From Thalia democratica (lineage: Eukaryota): a DNA stretch of 64,000 nt. A program made the translations under genes and the position numbers. The DNA lies in assembly GCA_965202585.1 (NCBI GenBank), contig OZ241831.1, forward strand, positions 31,248,001-31,312,000, in the 5' to 3' direction. This document shows positions 63,849 to 64,000 of this stretch, piece after piece. Below the pieces are notes generated by a model. That model did no database searches. It saw nothing but the letters and a program-made list of their open reading frames with translations, and was not told the origin of the DNA. Position 1 is the first letter of the stretch, and each line of letters begins with the position of its first letter.

Positions 63849-64000
63849 CTCAGTTTATCTAACACAGTTTTAATCTAAATTTGCTATTTACACTCGAAAA
63901 AATTAAGAATAACTTAACCTTTTTCTGTAAGAAATTAATATCGTTATTAATGTTTTAGTTTATTACTTAAAAGTACATATGCAAAACTGTTTGACTGTAA

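Noticed and set aside
1-64000. tRNA, rRNA, snRNA or spliced-leader genes
   Set aside because: No cloverleaf, A/B-box pair or conserved RNA sequence was recognised by eye; tRNAscan-SE / Infernal would be needed to exclude degenerate copies.

Overview
Very AT-rich eukaryotic genomic DNA. The repeat types, short AT-rich introns and gene content suggest an invertebrate, plausibly a Hydra-like cnidarian; this is inference and no search was run. The first 31 kb is mostly non-autonomous DNA-transposon debris: hAT elements, two CAGGGTTGCCA-ended MITE families, a short SINE-like repeat and fold-back hairpins. It also holds two intronless ubiquitin-conjugating (E2, UBE2D/E-like) genes, both with Ser in place of the active-site Cys, and a complete minimal hammerhead ribozyme (minus strand, 26418-26460). 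33.4-38.9 kb is a 2.67-kb tandem duplication carrying Penelope GIY-YIG remnants, with a perfect 260-bp palindrome at its junction. 39-43 kb holds a highly divergent, split homeobox gene (minus strand; helix 3 reads NWFWSRRAK, intron between residues 46/47), followed by about 62 copies of a 36-bp Gln-rich repeat that is frameshifted and stop-interrupted. 44-55 kb carries decayed genes: a C2H2 zinc finger, a CHST-type sulfotransferase and a protein kinase with an orphan upstream ORF. The window ends with two paralogous C-type-lectin-domain genes, one a full receptor-like ORF and one truncated before the TM helix, separated by hAT relics including a recognisable transposase fossil. No rRNA, tRNA or CRISPR array is supported. 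Identities and mismatch counts are by-eye estimates.
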